Source: Folioceros fuciformis (taxonomy: Eukaryota). From it: 51,489 bases of DNA. The stretch spans positions 62,001 through 113,489 of the forward strand of contig JBNGIO010006384.1 in NCBI GenBank assembly GCA_049999805.1, given 5' to 3'. This document shows, one piece after another, positions 11,178-26,469 of this stretch. Numbering within the stretch: the first letter of the stretch is position 1; each line of letters starts with the position of its first letter. The translations under genes and the position numbers were made by a program. The notes under the pieces were generated by a model. That model saw only the letters and a program-made list of their open reading frames with translations. It was not told where the DNA came from and searched no databases.

Positions 11178-12847
11178 GCTCCGTTTAATGCCTTCCCGCG
11201 GCGCCCGCGGTCTCGCCAATGCCGTCCAGCCACCTGCAGGTTAGCTTAAATGAAATCTATGTGCCGCTACGGGACCCCAGTCAGCGGTTAACGGACACCT
11301 AAACGAATAACGTACCGGAAACCGGCTGCAGCCGGTCACGGTAGGTGAACATGGGAGACGAATCCATCGCCCGTCTTGTCGGACTGTGATGGAGGTCCAC
11401 GCTCGGCTTTGGCTGGGCGAATTGAGGTGAACAGCCGGTGTGGCCGGTTCGCCATCTGTGGGAGCCATGCGTTCAGTGCTGAACAGAAGGAGGAAGTTGT
11501 TGAATTAGAGAGTGCTGAACGTGGGCTGCTGTGGGTCCAACTTCCATACTGTAGCCGTATGGCCATGTGTACCAGGTGTCTCAAGCTTTCAACTTCAAGC
11601 TTGCTGGTCTGGAGGACAGCAGTCCTCAACGTACAGTACAGGAGGAGGAGGAGGACAAGGAGCAGCAGCAGCCAATGGGAGTCAAGAGGTTCCCAACATC
11701 CGCGCAAGAATTCAGGGCCACGGTGTACCCAACAGTATAATAACAATCTGCACTGCAGGACTTCATCAAAATGATAGAAACGTGGCTACCCAGTTCTGGC
11801 ATCTGTCGACTAGACTACTGTGTGCAACAACAAGGACTGTAACGTCCGGGATTGACTTCGAACAACGGCGTTACTTTCGTACGATGGGAGGCAATAGAGA
11901 GGTTGCACGGACCTTGACTGCAGGGAGAGCGGTCGGAGCTGGACAGTGCCCGAGATCGACGAGGCCCACCAGGGACCAGCCCACGGCAGTTACTGCTAGG
12001 GTGGGCAGATGGGCTGGACTGTCGACTGCGGCCAAGAGGACGTCTCGAGAGGTTCTACCCTCGCCCATGGTAGCTGCCATGGTATTGTACAGCATCTGTC
12101 AGTGTCAGTTATACTAAAGTTTACTAATAGCGAAGATGGATATCCCGTCCCCATGACTGCAGGTCCAGATCTCTCATCAGTTTGTTGGCGACACAGACTG
12201 CTGCAGTAGATGTGGCAGTGCCGGCGTCACCAAATGCGGGATTAGCGGTGGATCTGCATGCTTCCCAAGACAGGCCATAAAGATATACAAATCAATGAGG
12301 ACCGGCGGTTGCGCGCAGTGTGGGTTTGGAAACACAAAAAGCGACAGTGCCGATAGACACAGGATACCACTCCAGTCTGCTGCGTGGATGGATCGTGGAT
12401 TGCCTATCGTCTCCGCCATTTCTGCTGCACCACCCCCAAGTTTGGATGTACATACAGACACGCAAAGTCATGACAAGCTTGTAGGGCCCATCTTGGAGAT
12501 TGTAGAATCCGGATTCCAGGCCCCGGTCCAACATGCCCTCTCTCTTGCGACCTTTACTCTCAAGCTTGGAATTTGGATTCCGGCTTCCCTCTTGTGATTC
12601 CTGGATGCAGCAGGGCATGGACTGCCAAACTTTGCAGACCCCCGACTCTTTCTAGAACCAATAGACTTGAAACCGACATTACTGCCCACCTTCTCCTCAG
12701 AGTCAAGTCCAAGTGTGGGCCGTGGTTGCTTCGACTCTAAAAATTCGCCCCCTATCGTTGATCAGGACTTAAGCTGGAATACGGAAGGACCGGGGTCCGG
12801 AGAGTCTTCATCTGGGTGCGAGTGCGGGCAGGATGGTTACTCCTAAC

Positions 12848-15673
12848 TCACATCCGGAACACGCCGTACTTGGAATCTTCAAAGGCGCGTTGGCCTGATG
12901 CAGCGAGGCACAATCCTAGCACAGTCCGGGTGTCTGCAGGATCAATCACACCGTCGTCCCATAGTCTTGCGCTGGCGTAATAGGGGTGGCCTTCTTTGTC
13001 GTAGTTAGCAACCAGCTTGGCCTTGAAGCTTTCCTCATCCTCGGTACTCCACTGTGACCAGCAAACAGGACAAAACCACAGTCATCACGATTAGCTTCCA
13101 CTCTTGTGATCTTGTGCTCAACGTAATCCGTACAAACTCGTGTGAAGGCCCTCAACCTGTTCGCCCGCTCGTTTTCTCCTCTCTTTCTCGATTTCGGCAA
13201 GAACTCCAGCTGCCTGTCCATTCCAAACATCCGGATTAGCTGCCCGTCTGCTACTGAGGGAACTCAGCGCCAACTGACCCACCCACCTGCGCCCCACCCA
13301 TAACAGATATCCGGGCGTTGGGCCATAGAAACAGGAAGTTGGGACTGTATGCCCGACCGCACATGCCATAATTTCCAGCCCCGTAACTTCCACCAACTAC
13401 GATGGTGATCTTTGGTACCTGCATACACACGTATGGCAGAGGCTAGCAAGTTGCGCTAAAGAAAACAGCTGGCTACAAGCACACTACGTGAATCTTAGGC
13501 TTCATTGGTTGCGGGAGAAGAAGACTGTTGACAATAGACGACCTTTGCACAGGACACGGCCATGACCATTTTAGCTCCAGCTTTTGCAATGCCACTCGCT
13601 TCGGATTTGGAACCAACCTGGGAGGTGACGACAACCACAGTTACGAGAGAACCTCAAACTCAACCGGCAGACAATACAATCTGGATCCTTGCCAGAGGAC
13701 TAACCATGAAACCTGCGATATTTTGCAGAAAAATCAAAGGGATGTGGCGTTGTGCACATAGTTGTACGAAATGAGCCCCTTTCAGGGCAGAGTCAGTGAA
13801 CAGAATCCCATTGTTGGCCACGATTCCCACTGTTTGGCCTAGTATTCTTGCGAACCCTGTAACCAAAGTCTGCAGAATTGTTCTAGGGTTAGAAGAGGAG
13901 TAAGTCATTCTTGCCCAAAAGAATCAAATCGGACTAAGAAGCAACATAGCAATACGACCAACTAGTTTCTAACAGCTTACGGGTCCATAGAGCTTCTTAA
14001 ATTCGTCAAACACGCTTCCATCAACGAGTCTTGCGATAACATCACGAACATCGTAAGACTGTCGTGGATCTGAAGGCACAATTCCATACAGCTCCTTTCC
14101 ACTGTACAAAGGCTCACGAATTTCAACATCCGAGCTGCTCAAGTTTGCAGGTCTCTTGCTTGTGATCCCAGCTAGGTGCAAGTTCCCCACAATTTTTCTC
14201 CCAATCGCTAGAGCATGCAGCTCATCTACATCATGACGAGAGGAAAACGCCTGGGGTGAACTGGACATGGAAGGTATCAGAAACGACTTTGGAAACCCCA
14301 TCCTCAAGAGGAGCCACCAGATTACCATTAGCAAAATGATCTGCAACTCCGGACTCTCTACAGTGTAAAGCCGCTCCTCCCAAAGCTTCTGCTGTGACTA
14401 CCTCACCGGTTGCAGCCTGCCAATGATGACTGTTCATAATTCAGAGGCACACGATTGTGATAATCCCTGATACGGGGCTAACCATCAACTGTCACACGCA
14501 CAGGACACCTGAACCCACGAAGAAATCATTGGAGGCGAACCTTGACAAGAGGAGGGCCCCCTAAGAAGATGGTTCCGTTCTGCTTCACAATCACACTTTC
14601 ATCTGCCATTGCTGGTACATACGCACCACCTGCAGTACAAGAACCGAGAACAAGCGCAATTTGAGGTATTCCGCGCTCTGACATGACAGCTTGGTTGTAG
14701 AAAATTCTCCCGAAGTGATCCCTATCGGGAAACACTTCTGCCTGTTGCGGAAGGTTAACACCCCCACTGTCAACCAGATAGATGCAGGGAAGACCACACT
14801 GTGCTGCTATTTCCTGAGCACGTAAATGCTTCTTGACAGTGATTGGGAAGTAAGTTCCGCCTTTCACTGTGGCATCATTGGCTACCAGCATGCACAAGCG
14901 TCCATGGATAGGACCTACGCCAGTAACAATCCCTCCTGCTGGTAACGGTTCATTGTACAGCTCGTGTCCTGCAAGCTGCTCAAAACGACATGGCACTTGC
15001 ACATCTTTCAGCCTCCCACGACTCCTTAAGAAGACAGCTCCTACGAGTAATCAAGTATTTCCTACTTGTAGATTTTATAAAGTGGCAGTGCTGTGTACTT
15101 CAGTGAGGTCACTTACTGGCGACAGCTCGAGAAAAGGAGCTCCAGGATCCAGTAGATAGTTGATTCGATCTCGGGGCAAATATTTCTTCCTCCCCAGGTG
15201 CCTCTTCACAGCTGTAGCTCCGCCCCCTAACGTCACCTTCAGTCCCCACCTTCTGATTCATCAGCTCATTGCAAGAGGAACCCAAGGAAAATAATTCCCC
15301 CTCCTACTCACCATCCGCCCACTACCTGGAGAACAAAGTGATCAAGCAAAAGCATACCTGGTGAGTAAGACTTCGAAGATCCGTCAGCAGCTCCTCCATA
15401 GCTCGAACATTTCCCTCAAAGGCCGCGCTCTTCACATCCACATTGTTGGGAAGAACATTGAGTCCTTGCTCCAGGGTGGTCGTGTATCCCCTAACCCCGA
15501 CCATCCCACTGCCTGAAGCCCGGTGGAAGCCGAGGATGTGCGAATTGCCATGGAACACAGGTGTCGGGAATTCATAATTCCACTTGTCTGACCTCCCCAA
15601 CAACATTCCATGAACTCCCTCATGGTTCGGACCAGCCTTCGCCCCGACCCCGAATCCTAATCCATCACTCACT
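12848..15673 (-). CDS. MCCB: 3-methylcrotonyl-CoA carboxylase beta subunit, mitochondrial; multi-exon, 5' end unresolved because of the gap at 15695-15794
   Basis: Exons encode [79 protein letters not shown] and [15 protein letters not shown]...YGVFRM*. The stop is at 12848-12850. Confidence 0.95.
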
Positions 15674-15694
15674 CTGCAGAGAGCAGAAAAATAC

Positions 15695-15794
15695 NNNNNN
15701 NNNNNNNNNNNNNNNNNNNNNNNNNNNNNNNNNNNNNNNNNNNNNNNNNNNNNNNNNNNNNNNNNNNNNNNNNNNNNNNNNNNNNNNNNNNNNN
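15695..15794. other. Assembly gap (100 N)
   Basis: Run of N. Confidence 1.
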
Positions 15795-16579
15795 CTCAGT
15801 CTCCGCGGAACGTGACCCATTGCCCGAAATTTCACATGTGGAACAGCAGAAGCCTGGTAGGTGAAATCACGGCGAATCCAGCCCCGTTCCAGCACAAGTC
15901 ATCAGACTCGAATGACGGCTGTCACAGAGAAGGGAGCAGGTGATAACGGTCCAGCACAGGCCGTCGCTTGCATCTGCAAACATCGTTGAAGGAGACGGTG
16001 AAGACAAGCTCACAAATGCACGCAGCTGACTCAAGTGAAGCCCACAAAGGATGCAGGATGACGCGAAGCTAAGGCAGCCAAGTGGCGGATGCACCCAAGG
16101 CTTGGAAAAATGGCGGAAAGGATGTACATGATCCATCTGTCCTGTGCTGACCAATTGCTGGGATAACCGCAGAAAGCTCGATCTTTCTTTATTTCTAATT
16201 CCGTGGGATGTCGAACGACTCCACGGCCGTAAATTGGATCTATCACATGCACATGTAGCGATCCTTATGTGTTTTTCTCGGACTCAGTATGTTGCAAATT
16301 GGGTGGCCACTTCTATCCGGATTCACATTGGATTACCTTGATGTATTTTATTGATTTTAAAAAAACAGTAAAACCTTTGCTAAACTGTGGATGGAATTTG
16401 CTTTGCTGCTTTTGAGTAAAAGTACTTGTTCATGAGTGTATGCTTTCTTTAAGCAGGGAGAATGAGACTGCGCCATGGCTCTTCACACAATTGTACTTTA
16501 CGTGCATCAGGAATGTCTCAGCTGCCGCTATGTTGCCGAGCGTCTGCCAAGTCTGCCAAGAGCCTGCCAGACGCACAAA

Positions 16580-16631
16580 GCCAAGGTGGGCTCGGGACGC
16601 AGCCAAGGTGGGCTCGAGACGCGGCCAAGTG
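16580..16631. repeat. 22-bp direct repeat (GCCAAGGTGGGCTCG(G/A)GACGC(A/G)) x2 plus a partial copy, between the divergent MCCB and GGAT genes
   Basis: Copies at 16580-16601 and 16602-16623, each containing TGGGCT. Confidence 0.75.
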
Positions 16632-17008
16632 ACCGCCGCAGTCCAATGGCCGACGCGAGAAAAGAGACGAAATGAAAAAGAGGATAATAAGAAAGTGGGG
16701 AGGCCATGGCGTCGGCCACCGTCGGGTGTGTGGATGTGGTGGACCCTTGCTTATTTGCGCCGCTCAGCGTGCGGGCCTGGGTCAACGCAAACATTGGCCG
16801 CAGAAGCATGAAGGGAGGAGATTGTGGCCGTAACCACAAGTAGCCTTAAGCTGCTACATGGGCAAAGCTCTGGCAGTCTGAGAAGAGCCGCGGCCTGGGC
16901 GGGCACTGGGCTTGGTGATTCGGGAACCGGGATTTGGCTACCCACCCTGCCTGAGCCCATGAGCCTGTAGGCCGCGGCCACCATCCCATTACCACCTCGC
17001 CTGCTGCT

Positions 17009-20070
<3,062 letters not shown>

Positions 20071-22406
20071 ACTAAATGTCAAGATGTGTAGTTGATAGGA
20101 TTTGAATGCTGTCGACGGAATGGAGTGTTGTTTTTTGAGGGGGGGAAATAACATTCCATTGGAACGTTGTCAAACAGTTTGTAACAACGTTGGGCATCGG
20201 AGCCCATGTGTTTGGAAGGGCAAACGCCCATTTCGCATGTAACAACTGCGCTTTGATATAAATTTGGTCTTTACCGAATGACCATACTCTTGGTGAATGC
20301 TTGATGAGTGAGCAGTGGCAGTAGGACAACTCTGATTGTGCAAGTACAGAAGAGCAGAGAGCATCGGGTGAGGTCTTCGCGTTCTTACGGACTTCAATTA
20401 CGGTTCTGGCACTGTTTGCTTCATGATCCGCTCTCTTACTCGAGGGGGGCCAATGTGTTTCTCAACAGCTGGATGGCGCTTAAGAAGCTGTACTACACGT
20501 GCAGAGTATACCTTGGAGGATGATGTTGAAGCAGCAGGGTGGAGGTCTTCAGTATAAGAGAGCCTGAGGAAATGTAGCTGTGGCATGGGCATGGCTGTGC
20601 AAGCCGAAGGATGTGCAGCGAGAACTTGAACACACATCTCAGGTCTTGCAGCATGTTCCAAGGAGTTTGGTATGAAGAGCTTTGATGCACCAGGTGGTCA
20701 TGCTAGTAAGGAGGGCAACCACCTTTTCCCCTCCAACCCCAGGAGGGACCTAGCACACTGGACCTTTCGGGTCACGGTATTTCTGCCACTTGCCGGCTTC
20801 AAAGTGGGCCTGTGTGTGTCCAAAATCTGAAAAGGAGCATGATGCCCACTGCAGGATGTGGACGTCATTCAAGTACTACGCGCCAGTGTCGTCGTCTACC
20901 TCTGTCCAGGTTGGGGTAAGGTAGTCCTCTCTTTCAGTGTTTGAGTGACGTGTTCTATGTGCAGCATTATGGATACCAAATGCAATTTGGTCGTTAGTGG
21001 AAAGTCTTGACATCTTAATACCTGGACGCTCTTGCTCCCACGGGACACCGAGCCATCAAGCATCACAAAGGTTTCTATGAAAACAACCCCTAGGCCCCAC
21101 TCCACTCTTGCTATTATGCCTCCACTTGCACTGTCACCTTCTCTGTGCCGTTCTTTTTGCAGCCAACCCGTGACACCCACCCCTCAGTCCTGCTTGAACC
21201 GATCCTACTGACAAGAATGCGCCCTTTCCCAGCCCATCCAACTCGCCAGAAGCATCTGAACTTGCTTGTGACCCAAAGCCCCCATCACGCCGCAATCTCA
21301 AAGTACCGTTATCCCAAGTACGACAGAGTAACTACCGCTACTGTGATAGTGTGCCTTCTTCGTTGCCTTGAGCCATAGCCTGACCTGTGTGAACAGCAAC
21401 ACGGGGGAAGCTCCCAAATTCTAAACAGACTTCACGCCACACAAGCCTCTGTTAAGTTATTTAACAGGAGGGAGGAAGTGAGACCATTCGTTGCCTGTAG
21501 GAAATGTCGACGGTAGGAACGTAAATACATAATTACTTATTAAATTGTCCGTCCTTGTCTTTACCCTGGTGAAAACGGTAGATGGATTTGCCATTTGGCA
21601 ACGCATTCTCTCCATTCACAAAATCGGAAGTCGTGTCATGTATTAACTAACACCTTATAGGCTTATATGTCATGAGTAGATCGGTACGTAGGTATGATCC
21701 GTATTCTATGCGGCACTCGTACGTAGTTTACTACCCTATGGGTCCCACTTCGAACTCGGCCATGTATGTCTGTATGATCGTGAAAGCTAGGCCCTGGCAG
21801 GCAGCGTGGGTACGGTAGTTTGTCGGGAAGCACGTGGCGGTTTACACTGTGAGCGACTGGTAAGGCTGTGATGCCAGAGCGAATTTGGAGACGTCTCGAT
21901 CTGGGCTGGGACAGGGAATGCGTCTAGGAAGCCACTGGCCTGCTTGATCAATCGGGCCCACGGACCGACTGTCAGAATTAGAAATCTTTCAAAGTCCCTC
22001 AGAGGCTGCTTCTCCAGTTTCCGACGGATGGTTTTGACGAGAGATCACTGCAACTCAGAGGAATCCAGGCGGCCAGAGTCGGTGCCTGCGCCTGTGCAAG
22101 CCACAAATCTGGCTACAAAGTCTGTGCAAGCCTGGCCCGAGTGGAATCGTGATTGAGAGCACCTCCGTCAGCCCGACACCTAGCCCCAGCTTCAGCTGCA
22201 GGTGCGCTCCGCATACAAAATTGGACTGGCAGCCTGGAATAGGAATTCACCGCTCACAGGGGCCCTCGCCTTTGATCCTGCTTCCTCTACACGGATTCAA
22301 TTTCTACCTGTCGTAAGGCATCCTGAGTCGCAGGCGCAAATGTTTGGTTGGCCGTGGAGCCATTTGTAGCATGTGCCCGGTTCTGAGTCAGCCTGAACGA
22401 GGATCG

Positions 22407-22452
22407 GTATATTCTGTGCATGGGCCGGGTTCAGGATTTTGGGAGAATATTC
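22407..22452 (+). promoter_or_regulatory. Two P1BS (GNATATNC, PHR1-binding) elements upstream of the SPX-MFS gene
   Basis: GTATATTC at 22407-22414 and GAATATTC at 22445-22452, about 440-480 bp before the ATG. Confidence 0.55.
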
Positions 22453-22885
22453 GCTTGGATCCTTGGTGAATGGTTTGTTGGTGGACTCGGATTCGGATTG
22501 CCAATTTCCCGCTGGCTCGACACGGTTGCCGTTTTACTGACTGTACCAGATGAGGTGGCATGTTGCGGGTTTTTCAGTACGGCGTGAAAGCTCCATTCTG
22601 GCGGATGAGAGTGGGATTATTAGATTCTGCGAAGTCAGGTGCCTTTGCGGCGCGGAAGGTGACAAACACGGGCTCCCCGGAGAAGTTTGAGGTGCCTCTA
22701 GGGGGAGATCCGACTTCGCAACGCTTTTCCAGTCTGAGATGAGCTGCAGTTTTGGAACTGTAAGGTGTTGGCCCGAGAAGCAGGATTCCTGGTGGTGCTG
22801 ACCAGCGGAAGGAAGGAGGAAGACAGTGTTGTGTGTGTCCTGGTCTGGGTTGTTTCCGTGAGGTGGATGAGAACAAGTTTCAGAT

Positions 22886-25800
22886 ATGGTGAAGTTCGGG
22901 ACGAAGCTCAGAGAGCGGCAGATTCCAGAATGGAAGGAGTAAGTTATATTGAGGGCCTCTCAGCGCATGTTTGATCCTCGACCAAAACAAAGATTCCACG
23001 TCTGATGGCAGGGTTTGCTTGTGCGTGGCAGCTACTATATCCAGTACAAAATGATAAAGAAACGGCTGAGGAACTTTGCGGAGGAAGCCAGGCGGGATCC
23101 TGCATCCCGGGAGCACATTCTTAAGGATTTTTCAGAGCTGTTGGACCGTCAGGTATTTGCTCGTTCACGTCCCGTACCTGGATTGGCAAGACCTGCTGCT
23201 GCTCCATAGTGGTATCTGGGAAGTGATGGGTCTTGCTTCTTGCTGTCAGGTGGAGAAAACGGTTCTTTTTTTGTTGGAAAAGCAAGGCCATTTGGCTGCC
23301 CGCCTTGCAAGACTTGGAGACGAGCATGAAGGAGCAGAGGAAGAAGATGCAAGTAGAATGTCAGAGCTGCAGGAGGAGTACCGGGCCGTGGGACAGGACT
23401 TGCTTAAGTTGCTTCATTTCGTGGAGATGAATGCAACTGGACTAAGAAAGATCCTGAAGAAGTTTGATAAGCGCGTCGGTTACAGGTTAACTGATTACTA
23501 TGTTGCAACTCGGTTTAATCATCCTTACTCTCAACTACAGCAAGTGTTCCGTCATGTGGTGAGCTGTCATGCTTCACGTTCGTTGGTTTTCCTTGCTTCT
23601 GTAGATGCCTTACCAGCGCAGCCACAACCCATTCCCAGTAACTAGTTACGGAGGTCTGAATACTCGCTGCTGTTCACAGGGAATTGGTGCAATGGTGGGG
23701 ACCATTGCCCACAACCTTGCGGAGCTGCAAAGTGAGAAGGGTTCACTTATTTCTCAGTACTACGAGTCTCCTCACTCGTTTGCTCTAGAGGTATGAGCTT
23801 GGTTTGGGCCACCTAGATTTCATCAGTCTCATGACTACAGAGATGAGACGATCTAGATGGGTAACCAGTGTCGTTCTCATGATGATGGTTGATCTTGCCA
23901 CCACAGGAGCCAGTGATAGAATCCATAAAAGCTGCACACGAGAGACTCACCAACTCCACAAGCTTTCTGCGCTTCCTTTCAAACCAGCTGGTTGCCCCTG
24001 AAGATCTGCCTCACCTCCCTGGAGAGGAAGTAGCAGATGTCGAGTACCATGGAATGTCCGTTTTCCTAAATCTTGCTAACACATTCCTTTACATGGTGAG
24101 TATACTCGACTGTCATTTGGGTTCGTTCAGATTCAGCAATCAAAGCGTTTTGTGTTCAATTTGTGCATTGCTCAACCTTTTGGTGCCACAAGAACAGTCG
24201 AAGCCAACTGACAAGTGGTTTGGTATCCTGAGCAGGTCAACACCTATATCATCGTCCCGACAGCTGACAAGTACTCTGTGAGCTTGGGAGCTGCACCCAC
24301 ACTTTGTGGGGCGATTATAGGATCTATGGCTGTGGCCCAACTGGTTTCTTCTGTCTACTTCAGTGCCTGGTCTAATAGGTCTTATTTCAGGCCACTCATA
24401 TTTAGCAGCGCAATGCTGCTCATAGGCAACGTTTTCTATGCTGTTGCCTATGACTATGATTCCTTGGCGATCCTTCTCATTGGTCGGTTACTGTGCGGGT
24501 AAGACGTTATCTTGATCTGGCTTCTCCCACTGCATGGAAAGTGTTGACTAAAGTAGGATGGGTTCAGCTGTGCTGCGTTCCTCAGTCTTTGGCTTGAGCT
24601 GAGCAAAGATGGTCTGACTGGAGATTTTGCACTGGTATGCAGGCTCGGATCCGCAAGGGCTGTTAACAGACGTTATATTAGTGACTGTGTTCCAGTTAGA
24701 AGTCGGCTCAAAGCCTCAGCAGCCTTTGTGAGTGCCAGTGCATTGGGCATGGCATCCGGGCCTGCCCTGGCGGGAGTGCTGAAGTTCAATGCTTCTGTTT
24801 TTGGTTTCAGCTTGAATTCCAATACCCTGCCAGGTTGGGTCATGGCTGTTGCCTGGTTGCTATATCTTGGCTTCCTCGTTCTTGGTTTTAAAGAGCCCCT
24901 GCATGACGTCCCTCCTGCCGTAGAGGAGTCATCAAGCAACGACAAAGGTAAGGAATGTCCATTCATTTGATCTTTGTAGGTGAGCCAGGTTTTGTAGGCT
25001 CCTGCCCTAGTTGCTAACCGAGGAGTAAATGTTTGGACAGATCTAGTTGATGAATCTGGGCGGGGGCTTCACGGAGAGGCGGCTGCATACTTGTCAGAAC
25101 CGCTTCTCTCGCATTCAGGACTATCCAAATCTTGCTCTGTTGGCGAGGAGTTGGATTCTTTGGAGAAAGACAGTAATGAAGATGACATGGATTCGAAAGC
25201 ACCTGCTTCATCCATCCTTGAAGCTTGCAGACTCCTAACAAAACCAGTGAAGGTAGTAACCCCCATTTAAATGGTTGAAGTACCTCTGAGGGAAGGAGTT
25301 GGCTGTACCCTCACGCCATGTGTAAAGGCTTGAGGGCATCTATGATCTCAAGTTGCTGACATGGTTTTGTTTCTCTGTTCAGGTTCAGTTATTTATATAC
25401 TTTATGCTGAAATTCGCTATGGAGATTCTGCTCTCAGAATCCAGTGTTGTGACGTCATACTACTTTCACTGGGGCACCGGTTCAGTGGCTCTGTTTTTGG
25501 CTCTCCTAGGCCTGACCGTGCTGCCCGTAAATTGGATTGTCGGCAGCTATCTGAGTAACATGTTTGAGGACAGGTACTTGAGGGCCCTTTCTCCACAGCT
25601 TCTGGTTGCCTTTGGCTTCCAAAGAAAACTGAACTCGTGGTTGTACATTTTTTTTTTTGTAGACAAATTCTCCTCTTCTCCCAAGGGTTTGTCTGTGTTG
25701 GAGTCGTGGTGAGCCTGTGCTATGGCAGAGTCATTCCATACACCGTGGGCCAGTATGTTTTGGGGGCTCTGTTAATATTCGTGGCAGCTGAGGTACTTGA

Positions 25801-26154
25801 AGGTAACTCCCCCTTCCCTCCCAATTCTGCTCTCGCAGGCGTAGAACCCCGTGGTAGGAAGCAATTCGGCAAGCAGAGCACACAGTGACAGTGTTGTTGT
25901 GGGCAATATTTTCAGGGGTGAATCTGGCCCTGCTTTCCAAAGTCATGTCTTCCAGACTTTCCCGAGGGACGTACAACGGTGGTTTGTTGTCAACAGAGGC
26001 TGGGACCCTGGCCAGAGTGCTTGCTGACGCCGCAATAACTCTATCAGGGTTTCTAGATGAGAGGAAGCTGGTTAACGTGACCATGCTACCTACCCTGTTG
26101 GTAGGCATCATCTCCATCGTGCTGACATCGTCGACATATAACTCGCTCTTCTAG
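22886..26154 (+). CDS. PHT5: SPX-MFS vacuolar phosphate transporter (PHT5/VPT family), multi-exon
   Basis: SPX domain [58 protein letters not shown] part [57 protein letters not shown]...TYNSLF*. Confidence 0.95.
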
Positions 26155-26469
26155 CTGGTGACGCTAGGTGTCATATTCTTTTGTGAATCTATTTTTAGCG
26201 AGCAGAGTGGCTGCTGCATTCGTTAAATAAGCCAGCCTAGATAATAATGGAGAATGGCCTCCCGCAGAGGAAAAGGGCTGGCAGCTTGGCTTGAGGTATA
26301 TGAATGAGGTGAGCATGTGGACGTAGATCAATATTTTCCCGGTGACAAGGCTGGCCACCCCGGTTTGGAAATAAGGAAAAAAAAAATCTACGTAACTACT
26401 CATTTATCCTCTTATCCTCTCTCGAGTAAGAGGAGGATGGGAGCAGCGGAGGACATGCACTGTCCCAAC

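Noticed and set aside
11500-12840. ORFs between the U-box promoter and the MCCB stop
   Set aside because: Short, no recognisable domains and no consistent exon chain. Probably UTR or intergenic.
20400-21400. Possible LINE or gene remnant downstream of GGAT (GDSASGGII peptide on the minus strand)
   Set aside because: Only a 5-6 residue resemblance, with no other endonuclease or reverse-transcriptase motifs.
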